From IMG/VR virus record IMGVR_UViG_3300037325_000203: a stretch of 64,000 bases of DNA; one strand, written 5' to 3'. The notes under the pieces are model-generated. The model was not told the origin of the DNA. It searched no databases and saw nothing but the letters and a program-made list of their open reading frames with translations. Origin of the DNA: a virus. Positions 38,726 through 48,761 of this stretch are shown piece after piece (within the stretch, counting starts at the first letter, position 1; the number at the start of each line of letters is the position of its first letter). The translations under genes and the position numbers were made by a program.

Positions 38726-39752
38726 TGTCCCATGTAATTTGAATCTTTTCTTTCCCTTCTACTGCTGTAGAAATTATAGAATATGTTGTTAAAAGTCTTC
38801 CGTATTTTTCGGAAGCGTGGGCTGCGTCTTTTATCATCGGATCCCAATTGGGAAAAGACACTGCCCAGTTATTCTGTATCGCAACGTCTACCAAATCTTT
38901 GCCTTTTTTATCTCTGTCGGGGCATACTATGACTTGCTTTTGCAGTCTATTTATTATATCAATCTTTGTCTGCCCTATTTCTCCAAGTATAGCTAGCCCG
39001 TCTACTGACCATGCATCTAATACACCTTCCAGGACAAGTGCATATTTCCTTGTCCAATCCTGATGGTTGTCCAAATTATAAACAAAATCCTCCGGGCACT
39101 GTTGGTAATATTTAGGTATGGACTTTCCGTCTGTGTTATAACAAAGTCGAGATGTAAATCCTACCACCTTATCTTTATAAAAATAGGGAATGATTAATCT
39201 CTCGTTTATATTAAAGAATTTGTCAGGAGACCAATAAAACTCGTCTAGATTATAGATTTCTCTATCAATTGTGTAATTAACAACCTTTAGAAAATAGGGA
39301 TCGTCCAGGCCATTTTCTAACCAAACACTAATTGGAAGTGCACCATTTGGTAAGTCCATCGGTTTCCACTTTTGAAAAAGTGTTTTGAATTTCTGCTCCA
39401 GAGTTATTGTTTCGTTGTCGCCATCCCTGATTGATAAAATGCTATTCTTTTGTTTAAATATTTCAAACTCTATTTTATCTACAAATTTTCTGTCTATGTT
39501 TAGTTGACTGAGGAAAAACTTAAACGATCCAGACAACTCTTTACCCTCAGAATACCCAGAGGAGAATCCACAGTTAAAGCAATTACATGCTATAGATTGT
39601 GGGTTAAATTGTATTCCGAATCTATGACGAGTATCCCGCCCGTGTCCCTGGGTATGACAAAGGGGGCAATTTCTTTTATTCCATCCCTTGGGGGCTTGTT
39701 TTACTGGGCCTAGGTTTTGTCGAATAGCATTGGTTAATATGTCTATGATCAT
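38685..39752 (-). CDS. gp61: DNA primase (gp61-like)
   Basis: CPLC...CNCFNCG zinc ribbon, RLIIP, KY, EGVLDA, PDRD Toprim, KDA. Confidence 0.9.
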   Translation of the reverse strand: MIIDILTNAIRQNLGPVKQAPKGWNKRNCPLCHTQGHGRDTRHRFGIQFNPQSIACNCFNCGFSSGYSEGKELSGSFKFFLSQLNIDRKFVDKIEFEIFKQKNSILSIRDGDNETITLEQKFKTLFQKWKPMDLPNGALPISVWLENGLDDPYFLKVVNYTIDREIYNLDEFYWSPDKFFNINERLIIPYFYKDKVVGFTSRLCYNTDGKSIPKYYQQCPEDFVYNLDNHQDWTRKYALVLEGVLDAWSVDGLAILGEIGQTKIDIINRLQKQVIVCPDRDKKGKDLVDVAIQNNWAVSFPNWDPMIKDAAHASEKYGRLLTTYSIISTAVEGKEKIQITWDIEQNARDRKRKRN

Positions 39753-39758
39753 CCAGAC

Positions 39759-39787
39759 ATTATAACAGGGTAATTGTTGGAAATCAA
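39759..39787 (-). promoter_or_regulatory. sigma70 promoter with extended -10, probably leaderless
   Basis: TTGATT-N17-TATAAT with TGn, 6 nt before primase ATG. Confidence 0.75.
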
Positions 39788-39792
39788 ATACT

Positions 39793-40089
39793 CTATTCTT
39801 CGCAATTCCACTTGTCTAATGCAAGTTTCTTTCTAGTAGGTTCCCCATTATCCTTCTTCATAGGTCCATCCATGCCACCCATCCTGGCACAGAATGACTT
39901 TCTGCGCTTAGCATCTTTGCTACCGGCTTTGAGTTTCGAAGGCGGGGTGGTTACTGCTTTCTGCAACTTAGATCCAGGATTTTCTTTTCGATATGATGCC
40001 ACACCCTTGTCATTGAGTCCGCCGTTTTTGTTTTTGCCCTCTTTCTTCTTCCATGCAGCAGATTCTTGTAAGATCTCGTCTAATGTCAT
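39793..40089 (-). CDS. Small basic phage protein (DUF6321-like)
   Basis: AAW.K.EGKN..GGLN.KG..SY..ENPGS.L...RRKSFCARM. Confidence 0.75.
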   Translation of the reverse strand: MTLDEILQESAAWKKKEGKNKNGGLNDKGVASYRKENPGSKLQKAVTTPPSKLKAGSKDAKRRKSFCARMGGMDGPMKKDNGEPTRKKLALDKWNCEE

Positions 40090-40175
40090 ATTTTATTCCC
40101 TATCGATTACTTATTGCACTTATATAAGAACCTGGAGTGATATATTCTCCAGTAATGCCTTTATTGATCCAGCGC

Positions 40176-41048
40176 TCAAGTCCTTACAATTAGCTTTGTC
40201 ATTTTACCGGCATCTAATACCTCAGTAGACGGTGTCCATCTAAATTTGATCCACATGAAATTTGCTGCAAATGTCCATGCCTGAGTGCCGGTATATCCTT
40301 TGTACCTAATATCTCTGGACATGGATGATGGATAAATCTTTGTCCAATGTGTAGATTGCAAATAAGGGTCTGGAGTTGACTCGAGTGAGCCAAAAATTTC
40401 CAATACACCTGTTGCATTTTCCGTATAGGTCGAGAAAGTATGTACTGAATTTATATGATTTCTGACTCTGCCGCCGGGAATCCTAGAAGTATACAAGCAG
40501 GGTGCCGGGGACTTGGATAATGAAGGAATTACGTCCTGCGACCAATGCTCTCTGAATATAGTTATACTAGGAGATGGTGTCTTAAAGGCTTGTTCGGTAA
40601 TCTCTATCTGCATCGCAACGTCATCATTCATGTTACTATATAGAGGCTTTTCGACATAGTATCCAGGAATATTAGCAACAAAGTCTTCTGTTCTGATTAG
40701 TACGATTTCATGAAGGCCGGCGTGTATCAGAGCAAGATCTCCCGAGTCTAGTTCTAGAGTGATTATGCCTTTTGCAGGACCTAGTCTGCATAACTTTTCT
40801 ATTTCCACCTTCCTGTTATCTGGATCAATAATCCTGGCATAGACTTGCTGATTACTTGCAATGTCCTGAGGAGATCTGTCAGGCCCCAACACCCTAAAGA
40901 TTAGTTTATTATCCAACCCTTTGTGCGCTTTCATGCTTATATTATTATTCATTGGTCCATTGTCCTTATAAGGGCAGAAACTGTCACCTACGGCCAGCAA
41001 TTGCCATACATGATCGTATAAATATAGTTTGTGAAAAGTTACATCCAT
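40176..41048 (-). CDS. Hypothetical late/virion protein
   Basis: Start moved to MDVTFHK downstream of late promoter at 41065. Confidence 0.65.
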   Translation of the reverse strand: MDVTFHKLYLYDHVWQLLAVGDSFCPYKDNGPMNNNISMKAHKGLDNKLIFRVLGPDRSPQDIASNQQVYARIIDPDNRKVEIEKLCRLGPAKGIITLELDSGDLALIHAGLHEIVLIRTEDFVANIPGYYVEKPLYSNMNDDVAMQIEITEQAFKTPSPSITIFREHWSQDVIPSLSKSPAPCLYTSRIPGGRVRNHINSVHTFSTYTENATGVLEIFGSLESTPDPYLQSTHWTKIYPSSMSRDIRYKGYTGTQAWTFAANFMWIKFRWTPSTEVLDAGKMTKLIVRT

Positions 41049-41128
41049 TTGCCCGCCTTTGTTATATTTATCAAGAAAGGTGTCAAAAAAAGGATCCAAA
41101 ATTACCATAACTGTATAAATATATTCAT

Positions 41129-41500
41129 ATGATTAATTCGCAAGATATCCAGATAAAATTTCCCTTTTTAACCGGGTTAAAGTCTTATACCCAAGAATAT
41201 ATAGGTATTATTCAGAATTCCGATGACAAAATCATTAGTTTTTACGATTACGAGTCTATAAGAACATCGGCGGAAAAAATAGTATTTCTAGAACACGGGG
41301 AAACATGGTGGTGGGAGAGTAATAGATTATTACCTATTAACATATTTTTGCAAGGGCAGATGATACCGTTTCGTTACTGTCTAAAAACAGTAGTAAATAA
41401 AGATATCGAAATAATGTTTGGCTCAGTTACAAGTCTAAATAATATTATGAAAAAACGCATTAAAAAGCGTCAAATTCAACTAATACGTAAGTCTGACTAA
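41129..41500 (+). CDS. Conserved hypothetical protein
   Basis: FPFLT...YIGIIQN...WWWESNR..PI..FL; TATAAATA 7 nt upstream. Confidence 0.75.
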   Translation: MINSQDIQIKFPFLTGLKSYTQEYIGIIQNSDDKIISFYDYESIRTSAEKIVFLEHGETWWWESNRLLPINIFLQGQMIPFRYCLKTVVNKDIEIMFGSVTSLNNIMKKRIKKRQIQLIRKSD

Positions 41501-43143
41501 GGTAGTACGGGTCTAGTCCAGGCCCATACATCGACCCCGCAATCCCATATTCTGTCATATCCATGATCTTGCATATTCTCCCATTCGGTGCGGCCAGGGT
41601 TGAAATTATCTAGTAATTTAGATAGTTTATGCTTTTGATATTTCATTCTATTTTCAAAAGATTTATAATTATTTGTATAATAGTAAGATGGTGGAGAAGT
41701 AGATATAAATTCGAATCCCAAATTACCATAAACTGCCCCACTTCCGTACTGTTTGTCGGAATAGCTAATAACATTCTCTGGATTAACAGTCTTAATAAAA
41801 TGTTTAAATAATTTACTCGCTCCGCCTATCACAGTTGTGCCGAGTATTGTGGAAAATCTAAGAAGTTCCCATTTATATGCAGAATTAAATCGTGGCTTTC
41901 CAAATGTCATAACAGAATACAGCGTATCGCCAATATATAGCCCGATTTCGACCGATGAGCCGCAGTCACCCTGCAGATGAGAGTATTCTAAAAATTTAAC
42001 TTTGTCCGACTTAGACACTGGACGTATTTCACACTTCCTTGCGTAGATTTTTTTAGAACAATTAAACTTATTCGAAATTCTAGATTTAATTATATCCTTC
42101 TTTGTATTCCACAGATGTTCCCAAACAAAGAACACATCTATCCCTCTTTCCTTACATGCGTTCAGTTTATCGATATGATACTTGTTTCCTCGATTATTTA
42201 ATTCACTATGCCAATACGACCCATTAACCTCTATGGCAAATAAGATGTCATCGAAATAAATATCTAATTCTTTCGGTGATATAATCTTACGTGTATCTGT
42301 TTGCATAGATAAAATATTAGATAAACTTAGAGATTTTATATATTCGATGACCTCTTGCTGAATGCTAGATTTGAATGTAATCTGTATATTAAACTGCTTA
42401 ATTCTCGATCGTAATGTATCAATTGATATGTCTAAGAATTTGGATAACCCGACAAGGCCGTAACGAGTTAATAGTAATATTAATTCTTGCTCATTATCTA
42501 TAGCAGCTCGTACTGCGGATGGTATAAGCGATAATTGAAAACTTGTTGCTCCATACTTTTCGACACATGTATCCCTGATCTTGGACTTAGTTGATTCGAG
42601 TAAGTGGGTTGATCTAATTTTCTCAATTATTGAATCTGCCTTGGATGCAATCTCATTACCATATCTAGCCTTGCATGTTTCCCTTATTTTTAATTCAATC
42701 TCTTTACATAAGATAGGGTGTTCAACGCCATACCGTTCTAATAACGTTTTTCGTCTCAATTCTCTTATCAAATAATCAGACTGTGGATTGCCGTTATAGT
42801 TTTTCTCCCATGTGTTAGTTTGTTTGCTCTTTAACTCGCTATTCTGGCACGCAAAAGGCACTCCATACTTTTCTATCATAGATGCTTGCTGCCTGGCCCT
42901 GACTTCTGCTAGTTTAAATGGGTTAGATACCCCATATTTTTTAATATTACTATCGGTACGAGTATTAATAATGTCTATACTTTTACTTGGGTTATCGACA
43001 CCATACTTCTTTATGTTAGTGGCTTTTCGTTTAATGATTGTATTTTTAGAATTATGTCTGGACCTGCACGACATTGAGCAGAAATCAGACTGCTTACCGT
43101 GTTTTGTTATTATCGCATCTGCATCACAATTAAGACATTTCAT
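41497..43143 (-). mobile_element. Putative homing endonuclease: Zn finger + KYGV repeats + Vsr-like nuclease + Mom-like GNAT
   Basis: Paralog of 16872..18650: ELDIYF..AIEVNGSYWH; IYARKC..HLQG..MTFG..ELLR..GASKL..SYSD..WDCG. Confidence 0.75.
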
Positions 43144-43183
43144 AGTATGCTCCTTAAATGGTATTTAGCATCCCAACATACAG

Positions 43184-43771
43184 TTAATCTTTTTCCATTC
43201 TTTCTATCAGAAGATTAAGGTTTACTACGATGGCGATTGCATACGCAATTCCGTGACCTCTTTTAAATTGATAGCTGGACATAACTTCCTTTTCCCATAC
43301 CTTCTTTTGTATTTCTTCCCATGGGGAGTTTTTTAAATAGGACTTCGACGGACGAATAATTGCAAGTATCATAGCTAGGTCTTCTACCGATGTAGGTTTG
43401 TACCTGACAAGTAGGTCGCTGTGCCCCTTCAAATGAAACAATTGATCAGTAACCTCCTGATATAGGAAGAAATCCCACGGAGGTTCCCTGTCTATAAGAC
43501 GAAGCAGATGGTCCTCGTTTTCTATCCCTGAGTACATGTTTACATTGAGAAAGTCTATCTTAAAATATCCATACTCGTTTGCAATTCTGTGATCTAATGT
43601 AGATGTATTCGTGACGGGATCTCTAGGAATATTCTGAAAATATACACCAGTTGGGTGCTTCTCGAATTTGTCGTTTGGACGATCTATCCTGCCATATATA
43701 CACTCCATACTGTCCAGTATCTTATCTCTGCCGAATACGTCTATGTCTACATCAGTTGCTACTTTTTTCAA
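43184..43771 (-). CDS. dnaE: Minimal DNA polymerase III alpha (DnaE)-like catalytic fragment
   Basis: DVDID, KHPTGVY, YFKIDFL, LAIIRP, YQFKRGHGIAYA. Confidence 0.8.
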   Translation of the reverse strand: MKKVATDVDIDVFGRDKILDSMECIYGRIDRPNDKFEKHPTGVYFQNIPRDPVTNTSTLDHRIANEYGYFKIDFLNVNMYSGIENEDHLLRLIDREPPWDFFLYQEVTDQLFHLKGHSDLLVRYKPTSVEDLAMILAIIRPSKSYLKNSPWEEIQKKVWEKEVMSSYQFKRGHGIAYAIAIVVNLNLLIERMEKD

Positions 43772-43813
43772 AATATGATCTCATAGTAAATACTAATCGG
43801 CATTCTTTAGCCA

Positions 43814-44008
43814 TCAATTTATATCCCTATCGTACACTGGTAATTGAAATTTTAAGGAAAAGGCCACTGCATCGTCGCAATGTGCAAACGAAACCACATG
43901 CGGTGACCATTCATACGTAAAGTCATTCTCCAGACGGTTTAACGATATCCATTCATACACCTCTACTAAGTGTATGGCGTTCAGTTTAAAGTACACAGGG
44001 GTATTCAT
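43814..44008 (-). CDS. Small hypothetical protein (F..xDA.AFSL family)
   Basis: FAHCDDAVAFSLKF C-terminal motif; ATGA overlap. Confidence 0.55.
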   Translation of the reverse strand: MNTPVYFKLNAIHLVEVYEWISLNRLENDFTYEWSPHVVSFAHCDDAVAFSLKFQLPVYDRDIN

Positions 44009-44685
44009 ATGCCGGCCTGTTCCAGTAAATCTTTAATAAAATCTACATCATCATCCTGTTTTTTAAACTTTTTCATCCAGAAGCCGGGGTCTATGATATC
44101 CGCGATCATTTTAGAGTGATCTTCGCTGAATCTGCCCATTAGATCATCTCCGCTTGCGGACAGGTATAACACCCACGGGCTAATTCTCCCAGTTCTGATC
44201 ATATATGCAGCCTCGTTCGCAGACACACTAAAGAAGAATTCATTAAACTTCACTCTGTTCACTTCGCACCATTGCATAATATCCATTATGGTTCTGTCTG
44301 TCGCACTAGTAGCTGGTTCCTTTTTTAATAAATCCATAATATACGTGTCATACACAAAGTCCTTTGTCCAGTCCTTTAACTTAACTCCGTTTTTGATAAC
44401 AAAATCGATGTATTGCTCCAGGTAAACGGGCTTTAAACATGCAAGGTGATGTCCGAATTTAACAAAATCAATATAGTATGCACTATTGATAAATTCTTCC
44501 GAAGACTTCAGTTTCTTAGAGTTGGCACTAATTTCGTAAAATCGTTGATAGGCTCTGAACCCTAGCCTCGGGCCAGTTGAATCTTTTTCCATGTGTCGTC
44601 TTTTTTTAACGCACATGTGTGTCATGAGGGTGGCTTCCTTATGAAACTTTGTATTACAAAATTTACATTGGAAATTTTGTTCCAT
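44005..44685 (-). CDS. C2H2-type zinc-finger protein
   Basis: FQCKFC..KF....L..H.C; G.ISPW; start moved to MEQNF. Confidence 0.7.
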   Translation of the reverse strand: MEQNFQCKFCNTKFHKEATLMTHMCVKKRRHMEKDSTGPRLGFRAYQRFYEISANSKKLKSSEEFINSAYYIDFVKFGHHLACLKPVYLEQYIDFVIKNGVKLKDWTKDFVYDTYIMDLLKKEPATSATDRTIMDIMQWCEVNRVKFNEFFFSVSANEAAYMIRTGRISPWVLYLSASGDDLMGRFSEDHSKMIADIIDPGFWMKKFKKQDDDVDFIKDLLEQAGI

Positions 44686-44738
44686 TAACCTGTTCGATTC
44701 TGACAATTTTGTCAATAGTTTCACCATAAGTCATCAAA

Positions 44739-45323
44739 TCAGCGTTTATCAGCAGGGATGTAGTGTTTGAGTAATTCTTTAATAGTTTTATCGTCGTACC
44801 CATTTTCTTTAAAAAATCCCTCAATGTCTTCTTTACTATTTATTTGCAATAAGAGCTCAAGGTCAGAATCATTTAGCAAGGGATAGTGAATTAGTATTCC
44901 CTCTTCTAATTTATTTTTCTTCAATCCCTTCGGCGCTGGTACCTTTTCATGATACTGCTTTTTTCCAGATCCGCACAGAGCCAGTAACATCCATTGTAGC
45001 TCGGGATGGCCTTCTTTTCCTTCTCGGGCCTTCTTTACAAAGAGATTAAAGTTTACATTTACCAGCTCATTAACCATTAGCAAATGGTGTTCGGCCGCAG
45101 ACTTGGATGAGCTCATAAACCTCATAAGTATCCACATAGATTTTTCTATTTCTTTTCTTTGTTCGGGGGATCGGTTACTATAAAACTTCAAATCCCTTGC
45201 ATCAAGCGCAGGCAAGGATTCCCTGAACATGTCAACTAGATATTCTTTACCAGCTGTAATGGCATACTCGGATGTATTTGACACGTTAAATCCATCTAGC
45301 CAGTCTTTAAGGTCGTTACTCAA
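44739..45323 (-). CDS. gp62: Clamp loader small subunit (gp62-like)
   Basis: MRFMSS...VNE.VN...HPELQW.LL...K.YH pattern; replication context. Confidence 0.6.
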   Translation of the reverse strand: MSNDLKDWLDGFNVSNTSEYAITAGKEYLVDMFRESLPALDARDLKFYSNRSPEQRKEIEKSMWILMRFMSSSKSAAEHHLLMVNELVNVNFNLFVKKAREGKEGHPELQWMLLALCGSGKKQYHEKVPAPKGLKKNKLEEGILIHYPLLNDSDLELLLQINSKEDIEGFFKENGYDDKTIKELLKHYIPADKR

Positions 45324-45822
45324 ACAATGCCCCTATATCTATAACGTCGGGTAGTTTTGAAGTTTCTTTAACAAACAGCGCACAATCCGGGTGCGGAGAG
45401 TCATCCAACGGGACAACTAATATATTACCATTCTTTAGTTTAGGAAAAAACCATTTAACTTCCGAATATACGTTTGTTATTGTAATTTCTTGAGGGCGAG
45501 GTACCATGTGCCGAAGAGGATTGAATGCCATTGTGTAAAATCCTCTATCATTAAGGCTCGTTAATGGCATTAACTCCAGATCACTGTAATCCTCATCACA
45601 TACAAGTATGGACCAATCTAACGGCATTTGTACTGTATATTTTCCAATAGTCAGCACAACTGCTGGTGCATGAAAACTTTCTAAAAATATCAAAGGTATA
45701 AAGAAATAGTCTGAATTCTTTGGGTCTGAGTAGTCAAGAACTGCGTACCTGATATCTTCAATTTCGTTTGGAATCTTATCCAAATTATATGCTTTATTTT
45801 CGTTCGTGAGGATGAATGTCAT
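45316..45822 (-). CDS. Conserved hypothetical protein
   Basis: 168-aa ORF between uvsW region and clamp loader. Confidence 0.7.
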   Translation of the reverse strand: MTFILTNENKAYNLDKIPNEIEDIRYAVLDYSDPKNSDYFFIPLIFLESFHAPAVVLTIGKYTVQMPLDWSILVCDEDYSDLELMPLTSLNDRGFYTMAFNPLRHMVPRPQEITITNVYSEVKWFFPKLKNGNILVVPLDDSPHPDCALFVKETSKLPDVIDIGALFE

Positions 45823-45903
45823 TAATATACCTTATGATAAATAAGTGTAGTTCGCGATACTATCAATATCCAACTACTCTAACGCCTATCAGGAGCAATC
45901 AGC

Positions 45904-46569
45904 ATGATATTTATCGACAACAAATACACTAGGTGTTATTTTAACATCATTGCTATAGCAAAAGCAAGAATTCCGATTACGGGTTATGTAGAAAAACATC
46001 ATATTTTGCCACGATCACTCGGTGGAAATAATACTACATCTAATTTAGTGCAATTAACAGCACGAGAACATTTTATATGCCACGCATTACTAACTAAAAT
46101 GACATCTGGGGATGATAGAAGAAAAATGATTTTTGCTTCTAATATGATGTTGTGTGGTAAAAATAGATATGTCCCGTCTGGTAAAATCTATCAGATTGTA
46201 AAGGGAGATTTTGCCAAAATGTCTTCTATATTACATACTGGAAAATCTATATCAGATAAACAGAAATTATTAATTTCGGAAGCAAATAAGAATAAAATTG
46301 TTTCAGATGAAACATGTATTAAAATTTCTAATAGTAAGATTGGAAAGAAAAGAAAATTGTTTGCCGAATCTGCCAAAGAAAATATGAGTAAATGCAAATT
46401 AGGTGAAAAGAATGCAAGTTTTGGAAAAACTTTCACGGCTTGCACAATAGAAAAAATGAAGTTATCTGCACAAAATCGGTCTAAATTAAAATGCCAGTGC
46501 GGAAAGGAATGTTCACCGTCAAATTTCAAAAGATGGCATGGAGATAACTGCAAGTCATCTAAATCTTAG
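45904..46569 (+). mobile_element. HNH homing endonuclease with NUMOD3 repeats, antisense insertion
   Basis: EKHHILPRSLGG....NL..LTAREHFICH; SE/DET..KIS repeats; terminal C.CGK...WH..NC; own late promoter and AGGAG RBS. Confidence 0.9.
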
Positions 46570-46896
46570 TTTGTTTCTTTTATGTAATTCCCAGTCGTCA
46601 TCTAACTTTTTCATATCACGCTGTATTGCTACTTTACCTACGGGAATCATACCAGGACATATTCCGCATTTTATAAGATAATCGCATAACATGTTTTCAA
46701 ATCCAAGATGTCTAACTGACATAAATGTTATGGAATGTGCAGTCGGCGAGTTGTCTTCGAACACTAAGTTCATCATTGACATAGGAGGGGATCCTTCTAG
46801 TCTTTCCTCGCACGTTACGTCTAATTTGTTTGCTTCAAAAAAAGTCTTTAGCAGACTTACATATCCCCACGAGATATTACTTTCTACAGCCGACAT
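46555..46896 (-). CDS. Hypothetical protein
   Basis: Start moved to MSAVESN (TAATG overlap with uvsW stop). Confidence 0.55.
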   Translation of the reverse strand: MSAVESNISWGYVSLLKTFFEANKLDVTCEERLEGSPPMSMMNLVFEDNSPTAHSITFMSVRHLGFENMLCDYLIKCGICPGMIPVGKVAIQRDMKKLDDDWELHKRNKLRFR

Positions 46897-47738
46897 TAGT
46901 ATTTTACCTTTGTAACTGTATAAGGGTACTCTGCCTCGGCATAGAACTTTTTTCGTTGAGTTAAATGCCTCTTTGAGAACTTGCAATTTGAACAAACATC
47001 GTAGACGTTCACGAAGTCCTTGTCCTCCGCAACCCTGATGCCGCGGCCTATGCTCTGAATTACTCTCACAAAACTCTTGCCAGACTCGAAGAGAACAAGA
47101 TTAAAAATACGCACAATGTTAATGCCTGTAGAAGCAACCCCGTAAGTTGCAATAATGACCTTCCCGTCTACTTCTTGTACTTCCTTATATTCATCTTTCC
47201 TGTCTTTAGATTTCATTTTTCCTGAAACAAATACAGAATCCGGTATAAGCGATTGTAACAGGGTTCCCGTCTCGATTCTATCTACCAATACTAGCGTGTT
47301 GCCAGATGCTGACATTTCAATAACAGACTTGGCAAGAAACTTTAACCTAGTCTGGCTTGTGGTCAACCACTTTAACTCTGCTTGATAGTTAGTGAATGCA
47401 GCTTCTCCTAAATCTTGAAGCTGCCAAACATTAACATGCAACTGTGCAAGTATTCCTTTGTCTTGCAGCTCTTTTGTTCTGATTTTTCCAAGCATAGGTC
47501 CAATACATGCAAGGACAGACATTCTTTCGTGATCCTGTTCGGGCATAGTGCCTGTTAGCCCCCACCTAATCGGCACGTGGGACAAATAAGTCGACAATAG
47601 CTTTCTCAATACATCTGCCTTTGCTTTGTGGCAATTCTGAACTACTGCATCATTAACGATAAAGTTATGGTCATCTTTTATACCTAATGTATATACTTCG
47701 GGCGGCTTATCTATTTCTGTTCTTAATATAAGTTTCAT
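46896..47738 (-). CDS. uvsW: Split intein C-half (35 aa) + UvsW helicase C-terminal extein
   Basis: MKLILR...VYTLGIKDDHNFIVNDAVVQN|CH; extein has GLTGT, STGINI, QSIGRGIR. Confidence 0.92.
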   Translation of the reverse strand: MKLILRTEIDKPPEVYTLGIKDDHNFIVNDAVVQNCHKAKADVLRKLLSTYLSHVPIRWGLTGTMPEQDHERMSVLACIGPMLGKIRTKELQDKGILAQLHVNVWQLQDLGEAAFTNYQAELKWLTTSQTRLKFLAKSVIEMSASGNTLVLVDRIETGTLLQSLIPDSVFVSGKMKSKDRKDEYKEVQEVDGKVIIATYGVASTGINIVRIFNLVLFESGKSFVRVIQSIGRGIRVAEDKDFVNVYDVCSNCKFSKRHLTQRKKFYAEAEYPYTVTKVKY

Positions 47739-48751
47739 GTATTTATGCTTTTTACACTATCATCAACATCTAACTGATCTGCTCGTACCCAACCTCGTTG
47801 AGTTAAAAACTTATGATTTCCTGTAACTTTTATTTTCTTATTATTATCGAACTCTAATTCATACATTTTTTCATTTGACGATTTTGTCAGATTTTTATAG
47901 ACTGCATCAACGGTATCTTCTTTGAATATATTCTCCATTTCTGAATAGTTTATTATCCTATCCCCGACTTTTATTTCCGATATTTTCAAATAGCCCAATG
48001 ATGTCAAGACTAATGCATCTGGGTGAAAACATTCGTCCACCATAACGCAGACCACTCCCTTGAAGAAAGCGATTATATCTATTTCTAAATCGGTTCCTTT
48101 CGAACGCTTTGCCAGGCTTTCCAAACTTTGCCATGTACATATAGTATGAGTCTTCAGATACTCCTTCCTATCTCCAAAAAATACCCCGACATCGAGTCCG
48201 AGATTAGTATAATCTTCTTCGGTCTGTGTTACTAAATCCTTAGTAGGCACGATTACTATACTGCGACCATACGGCTGGACCTTGTGGCTAAGAATCGCCG
48301 TTATTAGTGTCTTTCCAGCACCTGTAGGGGCGATAGCGACGCCTGCTAAGTTCTCTAAATAAGAATTGATAACGTCGACTTGATGCTCTCGAAGTGTTAT
48401 GGGTTCGCCGGTCTTGACATGCCCTTTGGGCCAGGAATGCGCGGCATAGCTATTTTCATCTACCTTAGTAAACTCGAATACGTGCTGATCCCTCATATCT
48501 TCGATATCAATATCGAAACCATGTTGTTGTACAATGGGTAGTAATATGTCCAACAGATTCAAATAAGATCTGCCGCCTACATCGCAGAAACTCATACATC
48601 CATCCCATCTGCCTAGTTTGTAGCTGGGCATATGTCTTGCGTGCTGCAAGAAAAACTTTACCGAATCTACTAACTTACGTCGAGTAGAAACATCGAGCCC
48701 GTCTAGCTTAACGTTTACTTCGTCTTGAATTATTAATTTACATGTTGCCAT
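47735..48751 (-). CDS. uvsW: UvsW SF2 helicase N-terminal extein + split intein N-half (98 aa)
   Basis: LREHQ, PTGAGKT, TWQSL, VMVDE|CFHPDALV...VTGNH...GWVRA; start moved to MATCK. Confidence 0.92.
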   Translation of the reverse strand: MATCKLIIQDEVNVKLDGLDVSTRRKLVDSVKFFLQHARHMPSYKLGRWDGCMSFCDVGGRSYLNLLDILLPIVQQHGFDIDIEDMRDQHVFEFTKVDENSYAAHSWPKGHVKTGEPITLREHQVDVINSYLENLAGVAIAPTGAGKTLITAILSHKVQPYGRSIVIVPTKDLVTQTEEDYTNLGLDVGVFFGDRKEYLKTHTICTWQSLESLAKRSKGTDLEIDIIAFFKGVVCVMVDECFHPDALVLTSLGYLKISEIKVGDRIINYSEMENIFKEDTVDAVYKNLTKSSNEKMYELEFDNNKKIKVTGNHKFLTQRGWVRADQLDVDDSVKSINT

Positions 48752-48761
48752 TATTCTTCCA

